From NCBI GenBank assembly GCA_963669175.1, contig OY769902.1, forward strand, positions 1,824,001-1,888,000: DNA of 64,000 bases, written 5' to 3'. Made by a program: the position numbers and the translations under genes. Under the pieces are notes generated by a model. It searched no databases, was not told where the DNA came from, and saw only the letters and a list, made by a program, of their open reading frames with translations. Numbering within the stretch: position 1 is the first letter of the stretch; each line of letters starts with the position of its first letter. This document shows positions 22,257 through 31,131 of the stretch, piece by piece. The DNA comes from a bacterium. Lineage in GTDB: Bacteria; Electryoneota; Electryoneia; Electryoneales; Electryoneaceae.

Positions 22257-23261
22257 GTGAATACCCTTAATTTCCAGATGCCTGAAACCATCGAGCTGGA
22301 TGAAGGTACCTATTGCGCTACGTACGGCAAATTCATCGTTCATCCATTGGAACGTGGCTTTGGCGTCACCGTAGGCAATTCCCTGCGGCGAGTGTTGCTC
22401 GCCAGTTTGCAGGGTGCCGGAATCTCGTCCGTTCGGGTGGAATGTGATCCGCCGGTACTGCATGAGTTCACAACCATCCCCGGTGTGACCGAGGATGTGG
22501 CGGAAATCGTTCTGAACCTGAAGGAAGTCCGGCTCAAGCTGCTCAACAAGCGGCCCGCCAAGGTGACCCTGGAACTGAATGAAGCTGGCGAATTTACCGC
22601 CGGAATGCTTCAGAAGAACAACACTGATTTTGAAGTCCTGAATCCGGATCACCATATCGCGTGGCTCAATGATGAGGCAAACTTCAGGATTGAGCTGAAT
22701 ATCAAGCGTGGACGTGGCTATCTGACCGCGGATGAAAACCGTGAGCCTGATATGCCCATCGGAACTATTCCGATTGATGCCATCTTCAGCCCTGTCCGGA
22801 ATGTTACCTATGATGTCGAAGCGACTCGTGTCGGCCAGCGTACCGACTATGAGAAGCTGATCCTTGAAATCTGGACCGACGGCAGCATTACACCCGATGA
22901 CGCGTTGTCACAGGCTGCACGTATTCTTCGTGACCATATCCAGCTTTTTATCAACTTCGATAACGCGGTTGAGGAAGAGCCGGAGCAGGAAATCGATGAA
23001 GAAGTGCTGCGCGTCCGCAAGCTGCTCAAGCAGCAGGTGAAAGTGTTGGATCTGAGCGTTCGCTCGGCGAATTGCCTGAAGGAAGCGCAGATCTACACCG
23101 TTGCCGACCTGGTAAAGCACTCGGAAGAAGAGATGCTGAAGTTTAAGAATTTCGGTCGGAAATCCTATGTCGAGCTGCAGGAAGTGCTGCAGGACAAGGG
23201 ACTGGAATTCGGCATGGACATCGAGAAATACCTCGGCGAAGCAGCTTCGAGCGAGGAGTAG
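22257..23261 (+). CDS. rpoA: RNA polymerase alpha subunit
   Basis: PLERGFGVTVGNSLRRVLL, DAIFSPV, LSVRSANCL; GTG at 22257 after GGAGG. Confidence 0.98.
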   Translation: MNTLNFQMPETIELDEGTYCATYGKFIVHPLERGFGVTVGNSLRRVLLASLQGAGISSVRVECDPPVLHEFTTIPGVTEDVAEIVLNLKEVRLKLLNKRPAKVTLELNEAGEFTAGMLQKNNTDFEVLNPDHHIAWLNDEANFRIELNIKRGRGYLTADENREPDMPIGTIPIDAIFSPVRNVTYDVEATRVGQRTDYEKLILEIWTDGSITPDDALSQAARILRDHIQLFINFDNAVEEEPEQEIDEEVLRVRKLLKQQVKVLDLSVRSANCLKEAQIYTVADLVKHSEEEMLKFKNFGRKSYVELQEVLQDKGLEFGMDIEKYLGEAASSEE

Positions 23262-23343
23262 GTTACAGCGGAGAAGTCTGCTGGTACCGTTCTGAACGTC
23301 CGGAACGGAGAAACGACCCCGAAGACGGGGATGGGAGTGTATC

Positions 23344-24012
23344 GTGCGTCACCGCAAGCATAACGTAGGCCTGAATCGCACCCGGCAGCATCGCCGGGCA
23401 CTGTTGGCGAACCTGGCCAGCGCTCTGTTTACTCATAAGAAGATCGTTACCACTCTGCCGAAGGCCAAAGCGGCACGTTCCTATGCAGAACGGTTGATCA
23501 CATTTGCTCGGAAGGGTGATTTGGCAGCACGGCGTCATGTCCTGCGCAAGATTACCAACAAGACAGTGGTCAAGGAACTGTTCGATGAGATCGGCCCGAA
23601 GTTCCGTGAGCGCAACGGTGGCTATACCCGTATTATCCAGATGGACAACCGGGTTGGCGACAACGCTCCCATGGCGATCCTCGAGTTGGTAGGCTTCTCA
23701 GCCGATGATCTGTCCACAGGCAAAAAGGGCAAGAAAAAGCGCCCGGCAGCCAAAAAGACAGACACCAAAAAGGCTGCACCGAAGAAAACAGAGCCGAAGA
23801 AGGAAGCGAAAGTAGAAGCCGCAGAAGAAAAAGCGGAAGAAGCTGTCGTGGAAGCACCAGTAGAAGCGGAAGCCCCGGCTGAAGAAGTCAAGGTGGAAGA
23901 AGCCCCTGCTGAAGAAGAAAAGCAGGAAGCGGCTGCTGAAGAAGCTCCGGCGGAAGAAGCGCCAGCCGAAGAAGCACCGGCTGAAGGTGAAGAAGAGGAA
24001 AAGAAAGAGTAA
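23344..24012 (+). CDS. rplQ: 50S ribosomal protein L17 with long Lys-rich then Ala/Glu/Pro-rich C-terminal tail
   Basis: [28 protein letters not shown]; EEAPA repeats at the C-terminus. Confidence 0.98.
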   Translation: MRHRKHNVGLNRTRQHRRALLANLASALFTHKKIVTTLPKAKAARSYAERLITFARKGDLAARRHVLRKITNKTVVKELFDEIGPKFRERNGGYTRIIQMDNRVGDNAPMAILELVGFSADDLSTGKKGKKKRPAAKKTDTKKAAPKKTEPKKEAKVEAAEEKAEEAVVEAPVEAEAPAEEVKVEEAPAEEEKQEAAAEEAPAEEAPAEEAPAEGEEEEKKE

Positions 24013-24038
24013 TCCTCGGTTCACAGCTATGCAATTCC

Positions 24039-24068
24039 ACCCCCAGGTCACTTGGCTTGGGGGTTTTT
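24039..24068 (+). terminator. Intrinsic terminator of the alpha operon
   Basis: acccccaggtca-ct-tggcttgggggt followed by tttt. Confidence 0.75.
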
Positions 24069-24081
24069 GCATTTCGATCCC

Positions 24082-25110
24082 TCACTTCTTTCGGGAACTA
24101 CCCTTTCGTCTTGCGTTTCTGAACATTCGCATACAGTTAAGAGAAAATGGAGAATATGTATACATGTCATAGGATTCATTCATCGCATTTCTAATTCCTT
24201 CATCACCTCTAAATAATGTAGCAGTAGATATGCCTTCGTTATAAAGCATCTTTAATAGATTACTTACGTGTTGGTATGATAATGTAAACTTTGTTATCCT
24301 GTTCCCCGCTTTTATCACTTGTCTATTAAGAGGGTTTCGTATTTCTGTTATGGTACTTCCACTCAAAGTAAAAAGTCCTTTCTGAATTCTTAGATTGTCA
24401 TTAAACAATAATGGCGGCGACAATACTTGTTTATCTTCTAACCTATATCTATCAATGCACCAAACTGCAATCTTGTTTGATTCCATAAATTTTTTTCGTT
24501 TTTCAGTGTCAGCATCTTTTCCTTTCACACTTTCCCAAAAAAGGGACATTTCAGTAATAGCTCCCCTTGCCGCGAAAAAAGCAGCTATTTCACTCGATTT
24601 TGTCCAATCTAATAACCTAGTTGGAAGCTTTGCGTGTTGGACGTAAGCCATTAATTTAATAGTGTTTTCGTTATGTAATGTTTGTGTATATTCGTAATAA
24701 TCTTCTTTAATATATTTTGCTGAAGTATAAGTCGGAATCTCATTTGACATTTTTATTGCTACATTTATCATCTCGGATGTGATACCTGGAAGATCTAATC
24801 CTTGATCATAGGCGTAGTTTAAAAAACGATAGAGTATTGCAAGTTCCAATACTTCAATATCTTCGTCATCAAGAACTTCCTCTGGATTACCAAGACTTGT
24901 ATTGGCATACCAAAGAAGCATCTCTTCAGAATTCTCTCTTACTATTGCCGGTATCAAATCCCATTCTGCTTTACCCTGACCTCTAAATATTGCACCTTTA
25001 GGATCAGGCATTTCAGTTCGTAAAAAATATCGTCTACAAATATTGTGTAGGAAATCTTTTGCATTCTCTGATTCTGCTACTACAACACCACTTTCTCTTG
25101 TAATAGTCAT
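24082..25110 (-). CDS. FRG domain-containing protein (AT-rich, probably horizontally acquired)
   Basis: IFRGQ…W.LIP, QH.KLPTRLLDWT…AAFFA, N.RIQKGLFT; abrupt shift to AT-rich sequence. Confidence 0.9.
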   Translation of the reverse strand: MTITRESGVVVAESENAKDFLHNICRRYFLRTEMPDPKGAIFRGQGKAEWDLIPAIVRENSEEMLLWYANTSLGNPEEVLDDEDIEVLELAILYRFLNYAYDQGLDLPGITSEMINVAIKMSNEIPTYTSAKYIKEDYYEYTQTLHNENTIKLMAYVQHAKLPTRLLDWTKSSEIAAFFAARGAITEMSLFWESVKGKDADTEKRKKFMESNKIAVWCIDRYRLEDKQVLSPPLLFNDNLRIQKGLFTLSGSTITEIRNPLNRQVIKAGNRITKFTLSYQHVSNLLKMLYNEGISTATLFRGDEGIRNAMNESYDMYTYSPFSLNCMRMFRNARRKGSSRKK

Positions 25111-25464
25111 AATAACCTCGTGGTAACATCATGAATTTTTGTTGGAGTTGTGTTCTGTTGTAGTCTTGATAGAAAGCTAAATTGCCACTAGATAGGAGTC
25201 AACAACCTCGATAAACAATGTTTTATTATGCTTAATTTATTCTTGTGATCCGAATCATCGCTAGAACTAAGTACCTGAGAAAAATGAGAAGAAGGCAAAA
25301 AAATATTCATAAGCTGTATGTGCGCCATTGTACATAACATGCGCTCTGTCATGTGAGTAAAAAAGAATAACGACATTCTAGTGTCCTTGATAGTAATTCT
25401 TTGTTTTCCGATATTGTACTTGGTTTAGTAGATCTGGTAAGCACTAATTTCAGGAGTGAATACG

Positions 25465-25671
25465 ATGACTGAATTGGAAAAACAAAACATCAGGTTGGAA
25501 GCATTCTATGAAATCGCTGATTTCCTTGATAGTGAAGCTAATACCATGGAAGCTCCAAGCCCGGAAACAAGTGAAGAAACAAATTTAAGAACGATGGCTG
25601 TCGGTGAAAGCTTAAGATTATATGCTGCTGTTATTAGAGAATTCGATAGGCATAAGCTCGGCTTAAACTAG
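25465..25671 (+). CDS. Small hypothetical helical protein (paralog of 26049-26258)
   Basis: AGGAG RBS 8 nt before ATG 25465; shares EIAD(F/W)L and IR(E/K)FD.HK with the downstream ORF. Confidence 0.7.
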   Translation: MTELEKQNIRLEAFYEIADFLDSEANTMEAPSPETSEETNLRTMAVGESLRLYAAVIREFDRHKLGLN

Positions 25672-25702
25672 TGTTAATACACTGTAATCAAGGAGGTTGT
25701 AC

Positions 25703-25948
25703 ATGTCTAAATTTGAAGTGTTCCATGTCTATTTCTTAGATAGAGATAATCAGGGAGCAGTCATTGCGTCATACGAATCAGATATGCCCATCCCGGTACC
25801 ACGTGTCGGTGAAACCGTTGATCTTTGGATTGAAGAAAAAGGTGCTTCTTTTATTGTTGAAAAGGTTAGGTATAAGCTCCGTGATTCCATTCATAGCCAC
25901 TATACATACGTGATATTAAAAGACCTTGACACTCTTCCGTTTGGCTAA
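25703..25948 (+). CDS. Small hypothetical protein
   Basis: AGGAGG RBS; P.PRVGETV motif, beta-rich pattern. Confidence 0.7.
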   Translation: MSKFEVFHVYFLDRDNQGAVIASYESDMPIPVPRVGETVDLWIEEKGASFIVEKVRYKLRDSIHSHYTYVILKDLDTLPFG

Positions 25949-26048
25949 GAATCATAGGCCAATATCATATCTATTTGCAGGGCAATTGCATTATCAATTG
26001 TTGCTGATTGGGTATACAGTGTTTCATAAACACCATCGGAGGATAAAT

Positions 26049-26258
26049 ATGTCCGAGAAAACACACGGTCAAATCCGTCAGGAAGTACGAGAAGAAACAT
26101 TGAATGAAATAGCAGATTGGCTTTTTGAGCAAGCTGAAAATACGAAAAAGGTAAGCGAGGAATGGTCAAAAGTAGCCAGAGACAAGGAAATGACAGTTGC
26201 AAATGCACTTCATGTTGCTGGTGCTATCATCAGAAAATTTGATTTACATAAGATCTGA
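26049..26258 (+). CDS. Small hypothetical helical protein (paralog of 25465-25671)
   Basis: GGAGG RBS before ATG 26049; EIADWL…MTVANAL…IIRKFDLHKI. Confidence 0.7.
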   Translation: MSEKTHGQIRQEVREETLNEIADWLFEQAENTKKVSEEWSKVARDKEMTVANALHVAGAIIRKFDLHKI

Positions 26259-26282
26259 CTTGTGCTGCCTCTAAAAATTGTA

Positions 26283-27521
26283 TTAGTTCTCCACCTTCTT
26301 CATATACCAGTACATCGTTTTGGTGCTGGTAATACCGAAGATGCCGAGGCCGCCTTCCACGTTAGATTCGGGGCGTGATGTGGTTGTGGGAGGGCCGAAA
26401 GTCATGGACGTAAAGGCGTATTTATACAGTTCCTCCGACGCTGCCAGTACATCGACACGGTGTGGACCGACCCATTGGAAAAGAATCCAGTAGAGGTCCA
26501 GCGCACGTTGATAGCCTGGGAGGATGCCTGCGATAGCGCGTCCCTTGTCTTCCGGTTCGATCTCGTCCTCGTCAGCGTCCGGGTCGAGGTATTCCAGGCT
26601 CATTGTATCTGTCAACGCGATCACAGTGTACAGGTAACCGCCGGAAAACGCCGATTCACCCCATCGAATGTTCACGATGGGATCATCTCGCGTGAAAACG
26701 GGTAGAAAAGTGTCCGAATCAAGCGCCGGGACAGCAACACCTTCGTGGATGAAAAAGGGATTCAGCGGATCGCTGTGATCAAAATGGATGGACGTGTCAT
26801 TAACCGTAATAGCGTCATTTCCCACCGTAAAACTGAACGTATCCGGGGCGGTGGTTTCGGCTGCAAGGTGAACATTCTCCGCATCCTGCTGCACCTCGAT
26901 ACGATACCGTACACCACCTTCAATGATATACTGCGTAGCCAACGGCTGGTACAGCCCTGAGTCTACATGGCTGTAATGCAGCGTGTCCCAATGGGTGGCA
27001 TTGCCATCTATCGGAAACATGACGATTTCCGCATCCGGGATGCCTGCCTGGCCCAGGTCGTAATAGGTTTCGATATCCTTCCAGACACGTTCCAGCCATA
27101 CTTCCCCTGCAGGTTGACCGGTTTCCATATAGGCTGTCAGCACTGGTTCCGCGATGTAGTCGCTGACTTCGGTGGGATTGGAATCGCAACCGGTTAAAAG
27201 GATGAAGATTAGCAGGGGGATCGACAATGCAACCAATTTCGGAATCACGGACTTTTCATCCCCACGCAGGTGGGGATCCAGGCATGTTGCTATGCCACAA
27301 CAGATTACATCTTCTCGAGGTGCACGGTGCATTGAAAAAAGGTATGAAATCAAGCATCTGATACTGTCGATACTTGCCTGGATTCCCATCTTCATGGGAA
27401 TGAATCCTGCGCGCATAGTATCAGTTCCGTCAGGTCTTGCGTGCGCGTTGTTTGCACGTGTGACCTGACGGTTAGCGCCAATCATCATCGAAGTGGTATG
27501 CTTGCATGTATTGATCTTCAT
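26283..27521 (-). CDS. DUF4249-like lipoprotein, partner of the TonB-dependent receptor; start uncertain (27521 or GTG 27248)
   Basis: Lipobox LLTGC, C-terminal SNVEGGLGIFG, directly downstream of the TBDR; the 5' part carries palindromic repeats. Confidence 0.8.
   Translation of the reverse strand: MKINTCKHTTSMMIGANRQVTRANNAHARPDGTDTMRAGFIPMKMGIQASIDSIRCLISYLFSMHRAPREDVICCGIATCLDPHLRGDEKSVIPKLVALSIPLLIFILLTGCDSNPTEVSDYIAEPVLTAYMETGQPAGEVWLERVWKDIETYYDLGQAGIPDAEIVMFPIDGNATHWDTLHYSHVDSGLYQPLATQYIIEGGVRYRIEVQQDAENVHLAAETTAPDTFSFTVGNDAITVNDTSIHFDHSDPLNPFFIHEGVAVPALDSDTFLPVFTRDDPIVNIRWGESAFSGGYLYTVIALTDTMSLEYLDPDADEDEIEPEDKGRAIAGILPGYQRALDLYWILFQWVGPHRVDVLAASEELYKYAFTSMTFGPPTTTSRPESNVEGGLGIFGITSTKTMYWYMKKVEN
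27255..27404. repeat. Inverted pair of dRS3/RPE-like palindromes (150 bp) inside the 5' end of the lipoprotein ORF
   Basis: ttcatccccacgcaggtggggatccaggca … tgcctggattcccatcttcatgggaatgaa; one arm translates as LDPHLRGDE. Confidence 0.7.
27427..27471. repeat. Isolated REP-like hairpin
   Basis: ccgtcaggtc…gcgtgc/gcacgt…gacctgacgg. Confidence 0.55.
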
Positions 27522-29834
27522 CTACCACCTCACCTCGTAGCCCAGCAGTGGCAGGATGGGCAGGAGACGGATATCCCGCACCTCGACCGGGTTTTTATCG
27601 GTGTCATAGAAGCGCGCCCAGTGCGAGCGACGTGAATAGGCATTGTACACGGACAGCACTGCTTTGGCATCCAATCCGAAAAGGGTATGATCGTAGGTCA
27701 GGTTGATATCCAGACGGTGATCCGCGGGCAGACGATAGTTGTTCTCCAACCCTTTGTGAATCCAACGGCTGCCCCTGGCCGAATATTCGGGATCAATGCC
27801 CGGCCAGCGTTTGGTGTACAATCCGAGCGCTCGTGTGTATCCCTGTCCTGTGTTGTAGCGGAATTGGGTGGAAACGTGCCAATGTTTGCTGATCTTGTAG
27901 TTAAAGATGGCGACAAGGTCATGCCTGCGGTCCCATTTGGGATAGAACCATTCGCCGCTATTGTAATAGGTGCCGGGAAAACGGTATTTCACCCAGGAGA
28001 GTGAGTAGCCCAACCACCCGGTCCAGCGTCCGAATTTCCGCTGCAGCATCCACTCGAACCCGTACGCGTATCCTTCACCCTGGATATAGGCGTCAGAAGC
28101 GCTTTGCCCCGCATCAATAGTGGTATTGTAGGTGACGATATTGTGCATGTCATTGTAGTAGCCTTCTACCGTAAACTCGTACGCTTCCCCCGGATCGAAT
28201 TCAAAGCCAAGCACATAGTGATACAAATAGGTCGGATCAAGGCTGCCGTCATTTGGGGTCCAGATATCAAGGAAATTCACCCCTTCCCCGAATGTGATTA
28301 CGTTGATCCATTGGGTGTAACGTCCCGTGGCGAACTTGAACCGTGTCTGTTCGTTGTAGTGATAGACCAGCGCGAATCGTGGGTCCAGGCGGACATATTC
28401 ACCGGCGTCATGATAGTACAGGCGAATGCCAGTATTGGTCTCGAACTGGGGATGGAAACGCCAGTCATCTTGTAAATACCAGGACCCGTTCCACGCGGTT
28501 GAATCGACATCGATATAATACACTTCGTCATTACGCTGCTCGAATGCGGTACGGTAATGATTGTATTGCAGACCGGATTTTATATGGTGTCCCTTTCCGG
28601 GATTGCACTCAAGGTCACTACGTAGTGACGCTTCACGAAAGAGGCTACGGAACCGTCCCATCTGGGCGCCTTCATTCATGACCCCGTTGCCGCTCTGGTA
28701 CAGGCTATAGGTGCCACTGACAGTCAGGAACATGGAGCCGGACAAGACATGACGCAGGCGGGAGGAAAGGGTTTTATTTCCCCAATAGGTGTCTACGATC
28801 AGCTTGCTGTCCGCCGGACCGAAGTTGGCGTTCAGGTTGTCAAACCCGGTGTAGCCACCAATGGTCAGGGTGGTGGACGGCGAGAAATCCCAGTTGATCT
28901 TGGCGTTGGCGTCATAAAAGTAATAGTCCGGAAGGTCGGCAAAATCCGGGCTTTGTTTAAGGATGCTGATGATCGGTTCAAGATAGGTGCGTCGGCCGGA
29001 AACCGCGTAGCTGCCGTTTTCATTCGGCAATGGACCTTCGATTGCCAACCGTGCAGAGATCACACTGGCAGAGGCCAATCCTTCACATTTTTTCCGGTTG
29101 CCCTCTTTGGTCACCACATCAAGCACACTACCCGCACGTCCGCCATATTCCGCAGGAAACCCACCCTTGATCAGCTCGAGGTGCTTTACAGCGTCCGCGT
29201 TAAACGTGCTGAACAGGCCGAACAGGTGTGAAGGGTTGTAAACCGCGCTCTGGTCCATTTGGATCAGGGTCATGTCGCTGCTGCCGCCACGGACATACAA
29301 TGCGCTGGATAATTCCGAGGAAGCTTTCACACCGGGGATAGCCTGGAGCGCACGCATGAGGTCCATCTCAGCGCCCAGCGAAGGCAGCGTGCGGACGGTT
29401 GCGCCATCGACAGGTATCGTAGACACACGTGTGCTTTTACGTGTATTATCGCCCTGATCCACAGTCACCACAACTTCTTCCAGTGCAATCGAAGCAGGCA
29501 TCAGCTCAATTCGAAGCGGGTCCATGATCTCGTCGGAAAGCCTGATCTCCACTTCAGCCGTATGATAGCCCAGGTGACTCACCTGCAGGGTATACTTTCC
29601 GGGCAGGAAGCCGGGAATGGAGAAATAGCCGTCCAGATTGGTTGCATCACCACGGTTCTGCTGGGGAATCAGAACAGACGTGGCAGGAAGAGGTTCACCG
29701 GACGTGGCGTCAAGAACAAAGCCACGTATGGGCATAGCGCCGGAAGGCATACTGACCCAGAACAGGCAGAGAATGCTTGCCAGTATGATCCATCGAGAGG
29801 GGAGAAGATGCCGTGTGCCGGATGCTGAATACAT
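27522..29834 (-). CDS. TonB-dependent receptor with N-terminal carboxypeptidase-regulatory-like domain
   Basis: Signal peptide; G.V.D..SGEPL, plug YVRGGSSD…NPSHLFG.FS.FN, KGGFPAEYGGR; aromatic C-terminal residue (W). Confidence 0.92.
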   Translation of the reverse strand: MYSASGTRHLLPSRWIILASILCLFWVSMPSGAMPIRGFVLDATSGEPLPATSVLIPQQNRGDATNLDGYFSIPGFLPGKYTLQVSHLGYHTAEVEIRLSDEIMDPLRIELMPASIALEEVVVTVDQGDNTRKSTRVSTIPVDGATVRTLPSLGAEMDLMRALQAIPGVKASSELSSALYVRGGSSDMTLIQMDQSAVYNPSHLFGLFSTFNADAVKHLELIKGGFPAEYGGRAGSVLDVVTKEGNRKKCEGLASASVISARLAIEGPLPNENGSYAVSGRRTYLEPIISILKQSPDFADLPDYYFYDANAKINWDFSPSTTLTIGGYTGFDNLNANFGPADSKLIVDTYWGNKTLSSRLRHVLSGSMFLTVSGTYSLYQSGNGVMNEGAQMGRFRSLFREASLRSDLECNPGKGHHIKSGLQYNHYRTAFEQRNDEVYYIDVDSTAWNGSWYLQDDWRFHPQFETNTGIRLYYHDAGEYVRLDPRFALVYHYNEQTRFKFATGRYTQWINVITFGEGVNFLDIWTPNDGSLDPTYLYHYVLGFEFDPGEAYEFTVEGYYNDMHNIVTYNTTIDAGQSASDAYIQGEGYAYGFEWMLQRKFGRWTGWLGYSLSWVKYRFPGTYYNSGEWFYPKWDRRHDLVAIFNYKISKHWHVSTQFRYNTGQGYTRALGLYTKRWPGIDPEYSARGSRWIHKGLENNYRLPADHRLDINLTYDHTLFGLDAKAVLSVYNAYSRRSHWARFYDTDKNPVEVRDIRLLPILPLLGYEVRW

Positions 29835-30045
29835 GTATTGCCTCCAGCCCTAAAAGTACACGTAAGACGCTTGTTGAGCAACTTGCCCAAATGCCATACC
29901 CATTGAAAAGAAGCAATAGTATACAACATCATTTCGCGTTTTTCGTGTAGGCCTCTCGGTAGCGCTGTAGCTTCTCCTCAACATCTCCTAACACTTGCCG
30001 AATACACTTCACCGTGGAAACGTGGACTTGTAACTCGGAGCCGTT

Positions 30046-31131
30046 ATGGTACGCCGGTGTGTAACAGGATACCGGAACTTTCTTCTTATCGTCATCCTCC
30101 TGCTGATGATTGTTGGAACAGCAACATCGGCTGGCAATACCCTGTTTGCTGCCGGGGCGACATTTCCCTATCCACTGTACAGGGCTTATTTCGAAAAGCT
30201 GCATGAAGTCAGTGGGATACGGATCCTGTATGAGGCGTTGGGCTCTGGGGAAGGTGTGAAAGCGTTGCTTGAGAAACGAGTCGATTTTGGCGCTACTGAT
30301 TTTTTCCTGAATGATTCGCTGATGGAGCAGGCGGGCAGGGATATTCTGCATGTTCCCACCTGTGTCGGCGCCGTTGTGTTGACCTATAACCTGCCCGGCA
30401 ATCCTCAATTGAATCTCACGCCGGAGCTGATCGCGGGCATTTTTTCCGGAGATATTTCGTATTGGAATGATGCACGGATTCGCTGGGTGAATCCCGGGAT
30501 TTCGTTGCCACGTATGCCGATAACCGTGGTGCATCGTTATGACAACAGCGGCACCACTTTCATGTTCAGTGATTATCTGAGTAAAGTATCCTCAAACTGG
30601 CGGGATTCAGTTGGCAAGGGCAAGCAGTTACAGTTCCCCGTTGGTTACGGCGCTGAAGGCAACGCCGGAGTGAGCCGGATGGTCAGCCGCGCTGAGGGGG
30701 CAATCGGCTACCTGGAGCTGGCTTATGCTGAAGAGGCCGGCCTGCCGAAAGCGGCGGTACAGAACAAGTCCGGGCAGTTCATTGTACCGGATACGCGCAC
30801 GGTGAGCCTGGCCGCCAATGTGGACATGCCCCAGGATACACGGATTTCCATCACTGATACAGACGCCCCGGAAGGATACCCGATCAGTGGATATACCTGG
30901 CTCATTTTCTATCGTCAACAACAGTACAATGGGCGCACACGTCAGCATGCTATTGCCCTGGTTGATCTCCTGATGTGGATACTGGAGGAGGGGCAGGAGA
31001 TTAATCCTGTTCTTCACTATGCGCCATTACCGGATATTGCGAAGGTGCGAGCAAAAGAAATCATTCTGTCCATTCGATACGGTGATACAGAATTGCTGTC
31101 TGTGGGCAGTGATCTGACGGACTTGAGGTGA
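30046..31131 (+). CDS. pstS: Phosphate ABC substrate-binding protein (no pstCAB adjacent)
   Basis: AGATFPYPLY, GSGEG, VDFGATD, HR.D.SGTT, GYPISGYTW. Confidence 0.9.
   Translation: MVRRCVTGYRNFLLIVILLLMIVGTATSAGNTLFAAGATFPYPLYRAYFEKLHEVSGIRILYEALGSGEGVKALLEKRVDFGATDFFLNDSLMEQAGRDILHVPTCVGAVVLTYNLPGNPQLNLTPELIAGIFSGDISYWNDARIRWVNPGISLPRMPITVVHRYDNSGTTFMFSDYLSKVSSNWRDSVGKGKQLQFPVGYGAEGNAGVSRMVSRAEGAIGYLELAYAEEAGLPKAAVQNKSGQFIVPDTRTVSLAANVDMPQDTRISITDTDAPEGYPISGYTWLIFYRQQQYNGRTRQHAIALVDLLMWILEEGQEINPVLHYAPLPDIAKVRAKEIILSIRYGDTELLSVGSDLTDLR

Noticed and set aside
243-24172. Long antisense ORFs over rpoC, fusA, tuf, adk and r-protein genes (e.g. 243-1247, 3106-4533, 5354-6712)
   Set aside because: Shadow frames of strongly codon-biased genes, with no motifs or RBS
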